From contig OZ316895.1 in the NCBI GenBank assembly GCA_973895155.1, positions 10,714,184 through 10,778,183 on the forward strand: 64,000 bases of DNA, written 5' to 3'. The DNA is from Marsupella aquatica. Lineage: Eukaryota > Plantae > Marchantiophyta. Position 1 is the first letter of the stretch. The number at the start of each line of letters is the position of its first letter. The position numbers and the translations under genes were made by a program. Below are positions 1 to 13,900 of this stretch, one piece after another. Under the pieces are notes generated by a model that searched no databases, was not told the DNA's origin, and saw nothing but the letters and a program-made list of their open reading frames with translations.

Positions 1-129
1 CTGGAAATTCTGGTCATCTTTCTCCTCGACTGTTTGCCTTTAGATTTCAGGAAAGCTGAACATGGTGTGATGTCTCAGGAAAACGATCGATATGGATCTG
101 ACAAAAATATTGATTTTCTACTTTTGACA

Positions 130-3100
130 GATATTATTCTCCACACTCATATGAAGGACAGTAAGAATGACTGGAAGATTCAACCGATGAATCCAATTTT
201 CTTAAAGATTCCGAAGGGCGCCGGGCTAAAAGCTGACAAATATGTCACACTAGAATATTTTTTCGAATATAATTGTGCTGAGGACGATCGTGGTATTTTC
301 ACTACTGCCAACGCCTATCTTAGTCTATCTCCTCTGTACAACATGCGGAATTCGGATTGAACAAAGCGTCGGGGCCCATCACTAACACCTATACTAATCG
401 TGGAAGCTTTGGCAACGAGAACTATATTAAAAATGGAGCGGTCTCTGAAAAACGAACACCAAAACATTGTTCAGAGATTATTTATTACGTTTGAATCTTC
501 TCTTGAAGCTTTGGCCTCAGGTTCTGTTCATTTTCTGGACTCTCTGCCTCACTTACAACTGCCGATTTAATTGATGACTAATTTTCTTCCTCGTGTCCAG
601 GTTCGCAATTGAAGTTTATCTGCAGGTATCTCCATCTTTTCCTACTCGTCTGAGTCATGTCACAAGAAGAAAACTTGAGTTCTTTCGCGACAGCTTAGTC
701 ATCCTAAAGCTTTGTCGACTGACATTACCCTAATAGTTAAAGCGTTAATCAGAGTGATTAGAAGTTTCTGGGATATGCGATCTGGAGAAAACGATTGATC
801 TTTCCACGTACCTATTTTCGGTTGAAATCTGCGGCCATCAATTTAATTATCGTTGTTCATGTCCAGCTAAATGAGTTAGTGCTGAATTTCAGGGGGATAG
901 AAGTCGATGCATCAGAAGGATGCCGACACACCAAGTTGCCTGATGGAAACGACGTTTTTGAGGTCAACGGTTCAGAGTGATTCCCAGCTACAGCGCTCGA
1001 CACTGCTACGGTATGGCTAACAGATTCAAATCAACCCAACATGGGATCTATTTGAGACTATGTATTGTCTGAATTGGTGCAAAATAATGTTTTGTTAATC
1101 ACGATTGTCGGAAGTCTTCAAACTTTCTGAAGATCATATAGTAAAGAATTAATTGAGTGGTGAGTTTTGCTCGATTAAAGTGCCCATCACCAGCTGTTGG
1201 AACCTTATATGCTTGGACCCTGTACTTCAAGTTCCATGCTAGAGACGCTAATTAATTAGCTCACTGTCAGGCAAGGGAAGTACGCCATTTCATCTAACCC
1301 ATCGTATGCGAAATGGTAGCGATTGGATGTTGCCGCATGGAAGAAAAAGAGGGAAGAGATTTCCAACAAGTTACCGGGAACTATCGAAGTATTGAATGAC
1401 GAGGAATCCTCGCAGTTTGAATTACGTGAGGTAAGCAAAACCACTTTTTGTCTAAGACTAGTCCTTGGTGGCATGACCAAAATGACCAAAATCCTTTCTT
1501 AATTAACCCACCTAGGTCATGACCAGGAAATCTCACTTTTCTATCATTAAATTAAACATTACAAATGAATGTGTGCTATAAGTTAGAGTGTGCCTGGATG
1601 TGTGCAGGCGTTTCCGGTTGGTGGCAGTAAACATGAGGCAGGATTTTCCTTGCCGACGAATTTTATTGTTGTTGTTCGCCCCAGAAAAGGATCTGGAGCT
1701 ACGTTTAAGCAAGGCTGTATTGTCCCAAATCCTATGGGAATAAAACTAACGCTTTCACATTGTAGTTGTTCCAATCTAAAGGTCCCCCACACAAATGACG
1801 ATCATACCCGAGAGGTGTGCACCTTGATCAGTAAAAGCACTTCGAAAAATGGTATCAAAGGTCTATATGTGCTCAACACGGAGTCTTCTGAGATCAACCG
1901 TCTCGTCAAGCAAGGGACTTACACGTTTTGCTTCACACTGGTACGTAAAGTACACAATTTGCAAAAGTCTGGAAGGCTACTAAGCCCGCTACTAAGTCAT
2001 CAGTAAGTTTTAATAAAGCACAATTATTCGCTGTCGCTGAATGCTACCTCCCACATTTCCTGATGTTATATACTACAAATGTGATAAAAACTGAGGATTA
2101 AACTAACGTGACATGGTGATCCTGGTTTTCAGGATAGTGAGAAGCACAAAGATGTTCGACCTGCAGTGTCTTTCATTGAAATTTTACCATCGGCGATAAC
2201 AACGAAATGGACATTTTGCAATCACCCAGTGCATTGCATGATAGCCGATCATGAAAACACTAAAGCCGATTTGCAGCCCCTTGTCATAAGGTATTTCATT
2301 CTCCATATTTTCTAACCTAGGGCTGCTAGAAGGAAGATCAACTTTCTGAGACGTTGGTCTTCACGTTCCTTCAGTATTGAGCCTTCTGCAATTTGTCGGG
2401 AGTATTCGGCTCTTCGAGCTCTGTCTTGAGCATTCTGGCGACAGGTGTGGAAGAGTACTATAGTAAGGCTTGTGGAGAGTTGTTCTCGTGTCTTGCTTTG
2501 CTCAATTTCAGTGGTTCAAGCATCACTTTTTTCTTCGTTGCAGGCTGAATGAGCCGGTGAAAGAAGACCTTTTCTTACAGAAATATGATCAGTATGGAAA
2601 TAATCAAGACTTTAAGGCACCTCTCAAACTCGACCTCGTTGGCGTCTCGTGTAAAGGAGAGAGTTTAGGTATGCGTGCCGAGGTTCGGTCTTCAATTGTA
2701 GCAGGGCCTCAAGCGCGACACCGGCTACTAGTGAAGGTGTGGAGAGTCTTGCCAAGCCATTTCCTGGGGGATTTCAGGGTTTGACAGTGCAACGTCATGT
2801 GAAGTATCGTTGAATTTGATCGCCCTTGTCCAGCACATCCGACAGCAAATCTAAGATTGGAACTTAAATTTTTGGAATTTCGTGTAGCGTCATCAGAGGA
2901 TAACAGTCCGCCGAAGCTCGGATTCTTTTGTGCTTCTTGAGGATTCAAATCCAGTTAAACGATATTCATGTTCATGTACCTCATGTTTTTTCCGAGGCTT
3001 TTCCCTACACACTTCAAACACTGAATGTGCACTGAATTTACTGAGATTCAATAAATAATAATTTTTCACTGACTTTAGCTGGCTGATTAACTCTTATGTT

Positions 3101-6100
3101 CAGGATATACTTTTTGCAACTGCGTCATTAAATCAACTGGGTTCAACACACGATGCTCTACTGCGTGTGTGCGTTTCGAAGGATCAACTAGTAGAAATCA
3201 AATGCAAAGGTATCGCTTTGACATGGGCAAGCACTATGATCAGAATTCTGAGAGTTGTGGAATCCGTTTATTGACCTGACTGTACCGTAATGTGGAATCA
3301 GTTGTCACCGTCCAGACCTCAATCCTTACGATCCCTGATGTTTCGGTGTTCAATTGAGCAATGCGACAACGTTTGCTTAATATATTGGTTTCTTTTAATT
3401 TGAACAGTGCTTCCCGGAGCATTGGAAAATGTTGCGGTCACCTGCAGTGAGCCTCCAGTTCTAATGGAGTCTATGCGCTTTCAAGATTCTCTCCGGCCCG
3501 GTGACGTTATCAGAAACTTAACAATTCAGGTTGGTACTCATGGACATCAACTCGAGCTCTCTTTGGTGATTTTCATGCACTCAATTTTGAAAGACACATT
3601 TAAAAATGCAGGTAGATCAGCAAGGAGAAATAAAGCGAATAAATAGCGCATAGCATGAAATCAGGTGACGTGTACCCGCATTCTCTATGCTGTACACATT
3701 AACAGTGGCAAAAAATCTTGGTCTCGGCAGAGTTTGTAGAATTGGAAGTGTTTATCTCTTCCTTTTGATCAGCCAACTAAACAGGAAATGGCAGCAGAAT
3801 TTACTCGCAAGAAAATGCATGCAGGAAGACCGCACATGTTTGTTGAAGAGACGAATGATTGAGTCCAAGAAGTTCTCTTGCTTCAATGTTTTCAAAGAGG
3901 TGATGGTCATGATAAGAGAGGTGATCGTTGCAGGGGTTGGATTCTTATATGAATTCGATTGAGAAAGGCCAGAAGCTACGCGTCTTACTAGAAGGGGTCG
4001 AGTTTCAGGACAACTGTGGCAGCGATCGGGTGGTATCGTCTAGACAGACTTTAAACGCATGTGATTTTGTGTGGTGTTATGAAAATCTTTGCTTTAGAAC
4101 TTTTAGAACATATATATGCTTTAGCCTCTTGAGAATGTTTCTGAATGGCTCCCACTTCTTTGTCACCAGTTCCTCTGAAAATCGTTCAGCGAGTGTAGTA
4201 GAGCTTGACCGGAGCGGAAAAGTGAAACCCTCTCATTCTTGACTGCATTCCCAATCAGAGTTGATCATCTGTTTAGTCTAATTACCAAATAATTATGTAT
4301 CTTAAGTAGCAACAGAAATTAAAGCAAAATTTCAATCCACCAAGCTTCCTTGGAAAAGTTTGGATAGGAATTATTAAGCAAATCCGATGCCAATGATTTT
4401 TTCCAAACAGGTCGATGAGAACGGTACGTTGCAGCTAGGGGGCCTCCTGAAAATCACTTGCCTCTACAATTCAACAGGTTCGTGGCTGAGCCTTCCTTAA
4501 TTGACTACATAATTGACGTAGCATCGTTCCTGTCTCAATTTTCCCCGCAATTTTCTTTCATGGATCTCAATCATCACCATTAACAAAAGTTCTCAAGACC
4601 GGACTTCAACTCGAAACAAACCTTTTCCTTTGTCAGATTGAATTCGTTTTTAGAAGTTACAATCGATGAGATACAATTCGGGCTATATAAGCTCATTAAA
4701 AATTCCGGCTTCTTGATACTATATAGTATGCTCCCGTATTTTTTGGAAAAATATCATGTAGTCGAATACTGATATATCTTTATATCTTCAGGTTCGGTTG
4801 CTTTTTATTCAGACACTAAATTCATATCTTCAATTACGTTTACAACGGTAACACGACGTCTTCGTGCGTATCAGGTGAGAAATACCCTTCGTTGGGAAAC
4901 ATGTACACTCGGACCAATTAGTCTCTACATTAATATGCTGCAGCTGCATGGATGGGTAGCTTTTTGTGATCACACTCTATATATTTGATTAAATTCTAGA
5001 AGCATTTAAGAGATGTCCTCTGACTAGTAGCTTGGAGGTTTTTTGAGTCGAAGTACAGTCCGAGCTATCCTTTAGTAGCAATTACACTAACGCCCAATTA
5101 TATAACGAGAATTGGGATTCCTGTCAAGTAACAATGGCCTTTACGTTGTAATGTCGTGAAACAGGTCCCAGTCGAAGCTTACGTTGGGAGAAAGCTAGAA
5201 GGAATATCTGTCAAAATGGTTGATGAGTATGAAAACGTGGACACATCTGTGAACGCAGACCAGTCCATCACAGTGGACTGGCAGCATGGTTTGGCTTATC
5301 CATTTATCAAAGGAGAATGTGTCCTCCCCAGCTTGCAGATGCCAGAGAAGCATGGAGCTTGGCAAGGAAATGCTTCCCTCACTGCCGATAAAAGTTTGAA
5401 GGTTACACTAATGGTGCGTTCTCCAAACGTGCTCAACCTGATTCCTGAATCGAAAGTAATCGATTTTAGGAGGTCATGAAACTAAATTAACTAAGTTCGA
5501 TGATCTTTGAACTCTGACGTACTGCTGCTTGGAATGTCAAAATGTGTCACCTTACAGTACGTCGGGAAAGAACAACCAATTTCATCTGAAGAGGACCACG
5601 AAAAAGCTTATGAAAATCCTAGATAAGAATACTAAACAGTAATATGCTAGGTGCTAATGAACAGGAATGCTTTGTCAAGTTAGCTCGACATCTCTCAAGC
5701 CTACAATGGACTATTGCGTGTAACTTCCATTGAGGGAAGCGTCCTTTGAGTTATATGAAGTATTGTTCTGAAAATTATGGTGCCTTGATACTGAAACCTT
5801 TGGTTCCGAATTTCCAGGTAGAGCTCAAGTTGGCCACTGCGTCAAGTTTTGGTCCAGCAAGTAAGGTCGAAGAGATTTTGACCGCAGAGTGTGGCATGCC
5901 AATAGTGTTTCCCTTCAGGACTTATGACGACAATCAGAAGCAAGCTCTTCTCACTGACTCGCAGAGAGAAAACGTAGGCCCTTATAATCTCCAGCATTCA
6001 TTTATCTGAGGTGTTTTATATTGTGCTTCGCTAGGTGGGAAAATGAGTTTTCATCGATCATGCGAAATCTGCAATTTCAGATTAAATTTAATGACCCGAA

Positions 6101-9100
6101 TTTGATTTTGCAGCTACATATAAATTTTGAACCACAGGAAGATGGCAATGAAAGTCATTCAGTGTTCAGACCGATTACGGTGGAGCATGAGGAAGTGAAG
6201 ATGTTGATGGTCGATGGGATCCACACCTACGAAGCCCGCATCGTAGTATCAGGGTCTGTGGGGATGTATATGATGACTCTCGAAGACAAATCATGCACAT
6301 TACGTGGGAGAGCACAATCACTCTGCAGTTTACGCCATGGTCGCATTGCTGAGCTTGTCCTGGCACGATCTGATGGCACAAAGTTCCAGGACTACGAAGA
6401 AAGTGACGAAGGACCACTTCCAATCATGGAGGTGAAAAGGGGTAGCTACTCAATGCCCGACTTTGTTGTAAAACTACTTGATTCTGCTGACAACGTTTGC
6501 AGTTCTTGCGATAATGGCAGAACACTCACAACGAGATTATTAGAGTGGCCTCAATGTGAAGTGCCGGCTATTCAGATTACACAAGGCATAGCGAAATTAA
6601 AGTGCTCTGATTATTGGGATGCTCCCGTCGGACGATATCATGTTTTGATTGAGTTCGAAAGGTCTGCTGAAGAATTATACTCCCTTGAGGACGAACAATT
6701 GAGACCTCTTCAGGCACAATTTTCGATCAGGATAAACCATGGCAACTACCCCTCAGAAATGAGGCTTACGAATTCTAATCCAGTTTTTATATCTCTGACC
6801 GATGAAGAGATTCAGTACCTTCCACCCATGAGCATCTTGATCAAGTCGGGGGACGGGTTGCGATTTGAGTCTAGGCCAAAGGTTGGAGTAAGACTTAGAC
6901 TTGGTAATGGTTCCCTGGTCCCATCTGGTCCAAAAGAGTATTTTGGGGAACTACTGGAGAGCTGTGACACAAAGGGGAAGCGAGAGGTGAAGTCCCCGAT
7001 ACATCTCAATCAAGACCAGGATTTGTCGTCATATCAATGTAGATACGAGTTCAGGCAAGTATGTGCTCCATGTCAGGCTGGCACATATCGAATGGAATTC
7101 TTTATAGTAGATAGTGATCTTTCCTGCCCATATCGGACTCTGATCGTGCGCCATGGTCCCCCCAACACTATATTGATCACTTCAAGAGCAAGTGGGCGAG
7201 AGATCAAGGATCTGACGGTCAAAATCGTTGATGTCCACTGCAATCCGTGCGAGAGTGTAGGTGGCCTGGAGCTAAATCTTAAGTTTACTCTTCGTAAATC
7301 CTTCACTTCGGATCAGCTGAGGCAGGTGGGGCCATGTACCATTTTCAGCAAATGTACTGCATTTGTAGAAGAAGGAAACGGCGACTTTGGAGCCTTCCAG
7401 GTGACTGAAGGCGTCCCTGGAATTTACACTTTGGAAATCTATGTTGAGCGCCAAGAGGGAAAAGCTAACTTACGGCCTTCAATAGTCGACGTGTGCGCCA
7501 TTAAGGGAAACATGGATCAAAGCCTAGTTCAGCTGCTTAACCAGAATCGAGATAGCAAGGTACCACACGATAGTGCCTCAGCAATGTTCTATATTGAATT
7601 TCCAATACGCATTTAATGGTACAATTTCAACGCTGGATAAATGACTGACTGACTTTAACGTGGCCCAGTTAATTGACGACTGTGAGAGACGAATGGCGAC
7701 GGAAAGGAAAGAAATTCGTATCAAGCAAAAAGAGATTCAGTATTTTCAGGAGACAAGGAAGAAGCTTGACGGTCCGTAATTTCCTGAATGCCTTTTATCG
7801 AGCATCACCGATAGAGTTTTAGACTGAAATATATTTCCTTAGTACTCATCCTTGAACAACTTTGCTTCAGTGACCATTTCATCCATAAATTCGTGGCGCA
7901 AGTGGCTTCCACCATGCGTGAAAGCGTGTCATTCATGTGAAGAATGCACTTATGCATAGGCCACAAGACAGATGACGAAATTCTCATACTTGCAGTAAAT
8001 ATAATTCATAAAATTCTTCAAAACTCATTATGTAACTGGATTCGTTGTATGTACGTACTTTCTGGTTTTCATGCAGTGGAATTGGGGTCTCACGACAATG
8101 AAAGAAAGACAATGATCGCACAGCAGCTTGAAGAAAATGATTCCGCAATACTACAAGCAGAGACGGAGCGCGACGTGCGAAACTCTCAATCCGTATTCAA
8201 AGATCTGATACAAGTGGCACCGAATAGTGCACCCCGAGCATTTTGGGAATTGTTAGAAAGTCGAGCACTTTCGATACAACAGCGTACAGATTTTGTGGGG
8301 TTGGTTGTTATGCTTGCTCGAGTTGAGAATGACGCTCTAAACAGGTATTCGCTCAGAGTCAACCATTTCCATATCGTGAGGAATTATTTTTGCTTCCAAA
8401 ATATGCGTGGAGGTTGACACCCAATTCCTAGGCCGAGTCCGATACCAACAAGTTGTTATGCGAGATGAACCATTTGCAGGATGCTGGCTGAATATATGGG
8501 GCTGGGTTCTCTTCTGCTGATCGTTACCCGGACGCAAGAGGCAATCAATCAACTGGAGGTCCATGATCCACACGGACAGCTGGATGAGAACAGCGGTCTC
8601 GATTGGTTTGCTCGTTCTCGCGGGTACACTATATCCAGCAGATATGACGCTCTGGCGCTCATGGACACGAGGTACGTATAGGGCGCTCTTTACTTTCTCG
8701 TTATTAATGGCAGTGAGTGAGTTTCTAGAGATTAATTGGGATTCTTAACCATGATGTTTTGCTCGGGCTCTCACTTTTAACTGCAACAAATTATGTCCAT
8801 CCGGGTTGTCATGATGCCATCGATTCCGTAACTCCAATGGAAGGTTTGGATCCGGGGGTGTTCATATATATTCTGTTGCTGAGACAGTCCGTACCAGCCA
8901 ACTCGTGGGCCAGCAGTAAATATGGAGCATTGCCAAAGGATCCTTAATATTGATCCTCCTTTACTTCGTTCTCGTCAAATTCCTGCGGGATTTCTGGGCT
9001 ACGCCGTCAACCTTGTCTATTTGACGCCTGAAAATCTTCAGATGAGAGTAAAGACAAGATTCCACCGTGGAGAGGTTGGGTTGAGAGAATCTCTCTTCTT

Positions 9101-9735
9101 CCACCTCTTGAGAAAATTACAGGTTTACGACACTAGACGGAACATGATTTCCGCCAAAGAGCACTTCGGAAAGTTTGATGGTGGAGCGATTTCTCTTGAT
9201 GGTGGAGTTATAAAGCCGAACGGACGTCAACGACTCGGCAGACTCACACGGTAAGGTAGTTGGAGTTTGGCAAGCATATCTGCAATCTTGCTGGTACGGT
9301 TTCGAGTAATTTCCTAATAACTGCTCAATATGTGATCTCAGGAACGAATGCCCAATTCGATTTGGTTTGGTTCCTTACGAAGAGCGGATGGAGATGGGGA
9401 GCATGATGCCCCCAGCATGTGTAGCCATCGAGAGGCAAAGAAGGTACTTAGCGCTAGACCACCGCATCACAATCATACAGCAGGATTTAAGCTTACTGCA
9501 ACAGACCATGGATCAGGGAATTTTTGAGTTAAACAAACTGAAGTGGAGTTTAAACCAGAATGAGCAATTACACAAGGTGGCCCAGAAATCTTCTAAATTG
9601 AGTGAAAGTCACATTGTTGAGCTACAGAAAGCTGCCCATGCCGAAGCAGCCATGACCGGTTCAGACAGGAGAAAAAGGGAAAAGCCATATACTGAGATTA
9701 TAGTCCGGCTGAAGATGCAAGCATTTTTTATGTAA
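130..9735 (+). CDS. GMI1: GMI1-like (SMCHD1-related) SMC-hinge protein; multi-exon, 5' part (GHKL ATPase) outside the window
   Basis: GT-AG-bounded exon fragments follow the order I recall for plant GMI1: KYVTLEYFF (~130-292), WKKKREE..KLPGTIEVL (~1271-1430), FIVVVRP..GIKGLYV..GTYTFCFTL (~1608-1940), LRVLLEGVEFQD (~3931-4030), VDENGTLQLGGLLKIT (4411-4477), ECVLPSLQMP (~5164-5413), and a large exon at ~6081-7559. They end in the DMS3/GMI1 hinge: FVGLVVMLARVENDALNR, MLAEYMG, GFLGYAVNLVYL..GLRESLFFHLLRKLQVYDTR..GAISLDGG (8885-9251), followed by a coiled-coil tail. Exon edges are approximate and the last exon is uncertain (a further one is possible near 9794-9880). Confidence 0.85.
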
Positions 9736-10943
9736 ATTTCCCATCTGGTCCGGATGCGGCCAGTAAGAAACGATTCAGATTGCATTTCGGTCAGATTCCT
9801 TACTCCGCAAAGAGGCAGCTACAGGATTTTTGGCTGCCAGAGAGAAATCCAATGTAGCAGATTTGTCACTTCAGGTTTGTTAGTTACAAGAAGTACAGGA
9901 TAGTAGTATTTCAAGTTGTATCGAGCTTTCCAGTTAATCGACAACCTTGATCATTGAGGCTTAATGTCCAGTACTTATGAGCCGAAGAAGGGGAATTCAC
10001 TTCATTACTTTGTTTTTTGTATCACCCTGGACTTTGAAACCACGTTGCCCTTCCAAGACTTTTGAGTTGTGTTTTTCCTGCGCCATTACATGAACTGGAC
10101 TGAACGTGAATTATGCCAAGGATCACATTTACAAGTTGGAAGGAGGAACTGCTTCCGTTGACGGAGGACTTGTAAGATCGAGTTTCCAAACAACAACGTG
10201 ACAGACCCAGGTAAGATGGACATTGATTTTCAAGATTTTCAAGGACATGGCAATTAGCATGCTAATTATATGGTGCAACTAGCTAACCACTGAGGCCTGA
10301 CGTCTCAATCCACTTTGGCTCCCTTCCTTTTGAATGGTGGCGAGTCTGATGCCCCCAGCAAGAGCAGTTTCTTCGAAGGGATGCGACAGCTTGCCGTAGA
10401 GAGAGACATGACTAGCGACTAGGCAATGAATTAAGCTCATTGCTACCAACTATGAATGAGATGATGTTACATTTCACACAATGAACTCAGAATGTCACCA
10501 ATGATATAATAAAACAATTGCAGGTAGCCCAGAACTCTTACAAACTGATTGAAGAAAGATCGTCCATTTGCTGAGGAAAAATGTAGCTGCAGCTAAAGGT
10601 GATATTATCAGAGGAAATAATAGAAATGTACATGTCGAATATGAATGAAAGCGACGACTTGGACGTGACAGTGATGCGTGAAATTATGAGTCTCGAAGAA
10701 TGGCACACATGATTGTGCCCTTGCTCATAACTTCAGAAACTCGAAATAGCTGCAGCACCTTCGATTGGACATCCATATTGAAACAATTGAGATGATCGGG
10801 CAGCAGCTGCGTCTTTTGTTTTCAAAAGTCAATTTACAAATACCTCCAGCCAACCTGCAGGAAGTAGTAAACCGGTGATTTTGTACAGGAATTGACTTCA
10901 CAAGGATGTACACACTAACTCCTAATTTGCCGATTTACGCTCC

Positions 10944-13900
10944 TCAATTCTGTACACTATCGTTCGCAAAGAGCGCCTCAATCTGGGCTTTGTATTGTCG
11001 AACAATGATATCCCTCTTGATCTTCAAAGTTGGGGTCAGTAAGCCATTTTCAACCTGCAATACATGACAAATGAGTGAGTGACCGATCGATGAGAATCGA
11101 GTCCAGTTGATCTCTAGGAACCAAACTAAACATTCATTGTCTTCTACGGAAGGCATTGAGAACCGGACTTCAGGATCCCACTTACTGTAAATGGTTCCTC
11201 GATGAAACCAAAAGGGCCGATTGGAAATTGCATGTCTGCGGACCTGTGCAAGAGATGAAAGAGAAGTCTTCAGCGAGTATGGAGAGCGAAATTTACGGGT
11301 AAGGAGGACAGGGGATAATTGGAATAGAGAGAAATGTTGCTTTTGAAAGTAGTTTTGCAAATAGAATAGATGACTTACCGCTTCCTCAGGTCCCGCCGAA
11401 CAGCGTCTTTCAAATCATCGTCTGACAAGTTCGCTGCTGAAGGATGTTCTTTGTCGACGACAATCAAAGCTCCTAATCGCCTTTGATCCTGTGTACCAGC
11501 ACGACAGAGGATTTTTGTAAACATACATCACTAGCTTCTTACTGTCGAAAATCAATGGATCTTGGATAATGAACCCGGACAGGTGAGAAAGTGAAGTACG
11601 AACCTGTCCTACAACGACAATCTGCTGCACAAATGCGCTTTGGAGCGCTACTTCCTCCACTTGAGTTGGCTCCACGTTTTCACCTGTCACAAAAGTTTGG
11701 CAAATTTCGAGCCCCATGAATGTTAGGACTTGGAAGAAAACATGTAGAGGTAACAAAATGACCAAAGGCTGCTAATTAGTTCTAAAAGACATGTAGAAGT
11801 AGTAAGTTTCCCATTATAAACTAAGCCAAACGATGATAAAGAGTGCCCCAAGCAATAATAGGACCACTTGCCTGTTTTCAAGACAATTGTATCTTTCGCA
11901 CGGCCATCAAGAACCAAAGCTCCAGCACATAGCCGGCCACCGCCCCAATCCCTTCTTGGAGCGATCCACCCGAGATCACCAGTGTCAAACCAACCATTTG
12001 CATCAATGGCCTTCTTTGTGGCGACTGGATTCTGAGAATGATGCATTTAAAAAAGTCAACATTCGCTTCTTTCATTTCTCAAATGCTTACTTCTTTGTTA
12101 CTACATTTCCCATTTTATCACGAACTTCCAGAATGCATTCTGTTTAACGGTGAAAGGAGAGTACGAGCCTAAAGGAACGATAAGGACAAGGAAATCAGCA
12201 CTGTGAGGTGCAGTTCACATACCTTGTAATACCCTTTCATAACTTGTGATCCTCGAATTTTGACCACTCCCGTGGTCCCGGGCGGTTGGATGGCATCAGT
12301 CTCTGGATCAACAACTTTGATCTCTGTCTCGGGTATCGGCCATCCTACTGACCCCAGAACCTGTGCACAAGAGTTGACATGATCAAACGTTCATCAAGCA
12401 CAAATGTCCCCCTTTTCCCAACACCCCTACACACAATGGTCAAATAAGTTTCTTTCCTTCAATCTGCCAAATATCTGGCATTGCACTATCTATTAATCGG
12501 GCTTCAATCTCACACTTAAGAAGTTCAGCCGGACGGCGTTTTTAAGAGAGTGGCACCCTCGAGCCAGAACAAACCTAAGTAGTACACACTTATACCATGA
12601 GAATAATTGAAACGAAAGGAAGAAGTATGGTCACCTACATTGTTAGTTATCAACCGTGCACTGATGACAGGTGAGGTCTCCGTTAGGCCATACCCATTCA
12701 GCACTGTTATACCAATAGCCTACAAAGCACCACCGTTGCATTAAAGACAAGCTAACTTGATGTGGTGTGAGAATGGCGTGGGATATCCCAATTATCACTT
12801 TCGCTGTATATGAATGATCAATGCTAGTAACAAACTTCAAATAGTGGCTGTTGAAACTCGGGGAGAGTTTCAATCGCAAGCAATGCGTCTTAGCACCAAA
12901 ATGTTGGTAGAACGTGTTGTTCAAACATTCGCAAGATGTGAGAAGTTTCAATGCAAATCCAATACTGCATCGACCCATCAACCTCCTGGCGCCCCAGAAG
13001 CTTCCAACTCACCTCAAAGAATTTGTCTACATTCGACGATAAGCTTCCACCTCCAGTGATAGCAGCCTGAAGACACAGATGGGCAGTCAATAGAATATCA
13101 CAGCCGAAGAAAATTGGAGAAGTTCCTTGTACGCCAATTTTTACAGAGCTGCTCATTTTCTCAGATTATTCGATGCCATTAGAGACCCAGAGTGACTTGC
13201 TCGTTTACCTGCTTAATGGTGATAGCACCCAAAATCTTGGAGTACACCATCTTTTTCGCAAGAAGGTGGATTGGCAACAAAACTAATGCAAGGAAAGATG
13301 CTCCCAGCCATTGCACCATCGAGATAAATGCATTCCGTTGATACCTTGCATGTGACAGATCTCGGCCCTGTCAAAGTTACCACAAGTTGTGTCAAAACGG
13401 CTGGTATCAGCACCCTTTTTATAGTAAGGAGACTAATGTGTAAAAAGCCTTGCCTGTTTTCTGAATTGGAGGCAAACAAACATTTCCTTCGTAAATACGC
13501 CAAAAGATCACATGTCCCTCCCCAGTCCCCAACCCACCCCTTTCTTCCGAGGTCTCCCACGTGAACCAAAGTCTCCTCACCCTCCACAACATGACTCATA
13601 ATTGTGTGGGGACTACGAACGATACCTCATGAATTCTTCGGAAGTCCATGAATTTTAGACTAACATTGATGAGTGCCATGGCAATCATCTTCTTGGCAGC
13701 AGAGCCTTGCGCCAGCTTTCTCTGTACACCACTACATCCTCAAACAGATACTATCAAGATACCATTACTGGAACGAATCCAAGTACTTAATTGAGAACCT
13801 CGGAGAGAGACTACGAGCGAGAGATAGAGAGAGCAAATGAAGATATCAGGAACGATAATTACTTGTAGAGGATATCAAACACAAGTGGCACCGCCACAAA

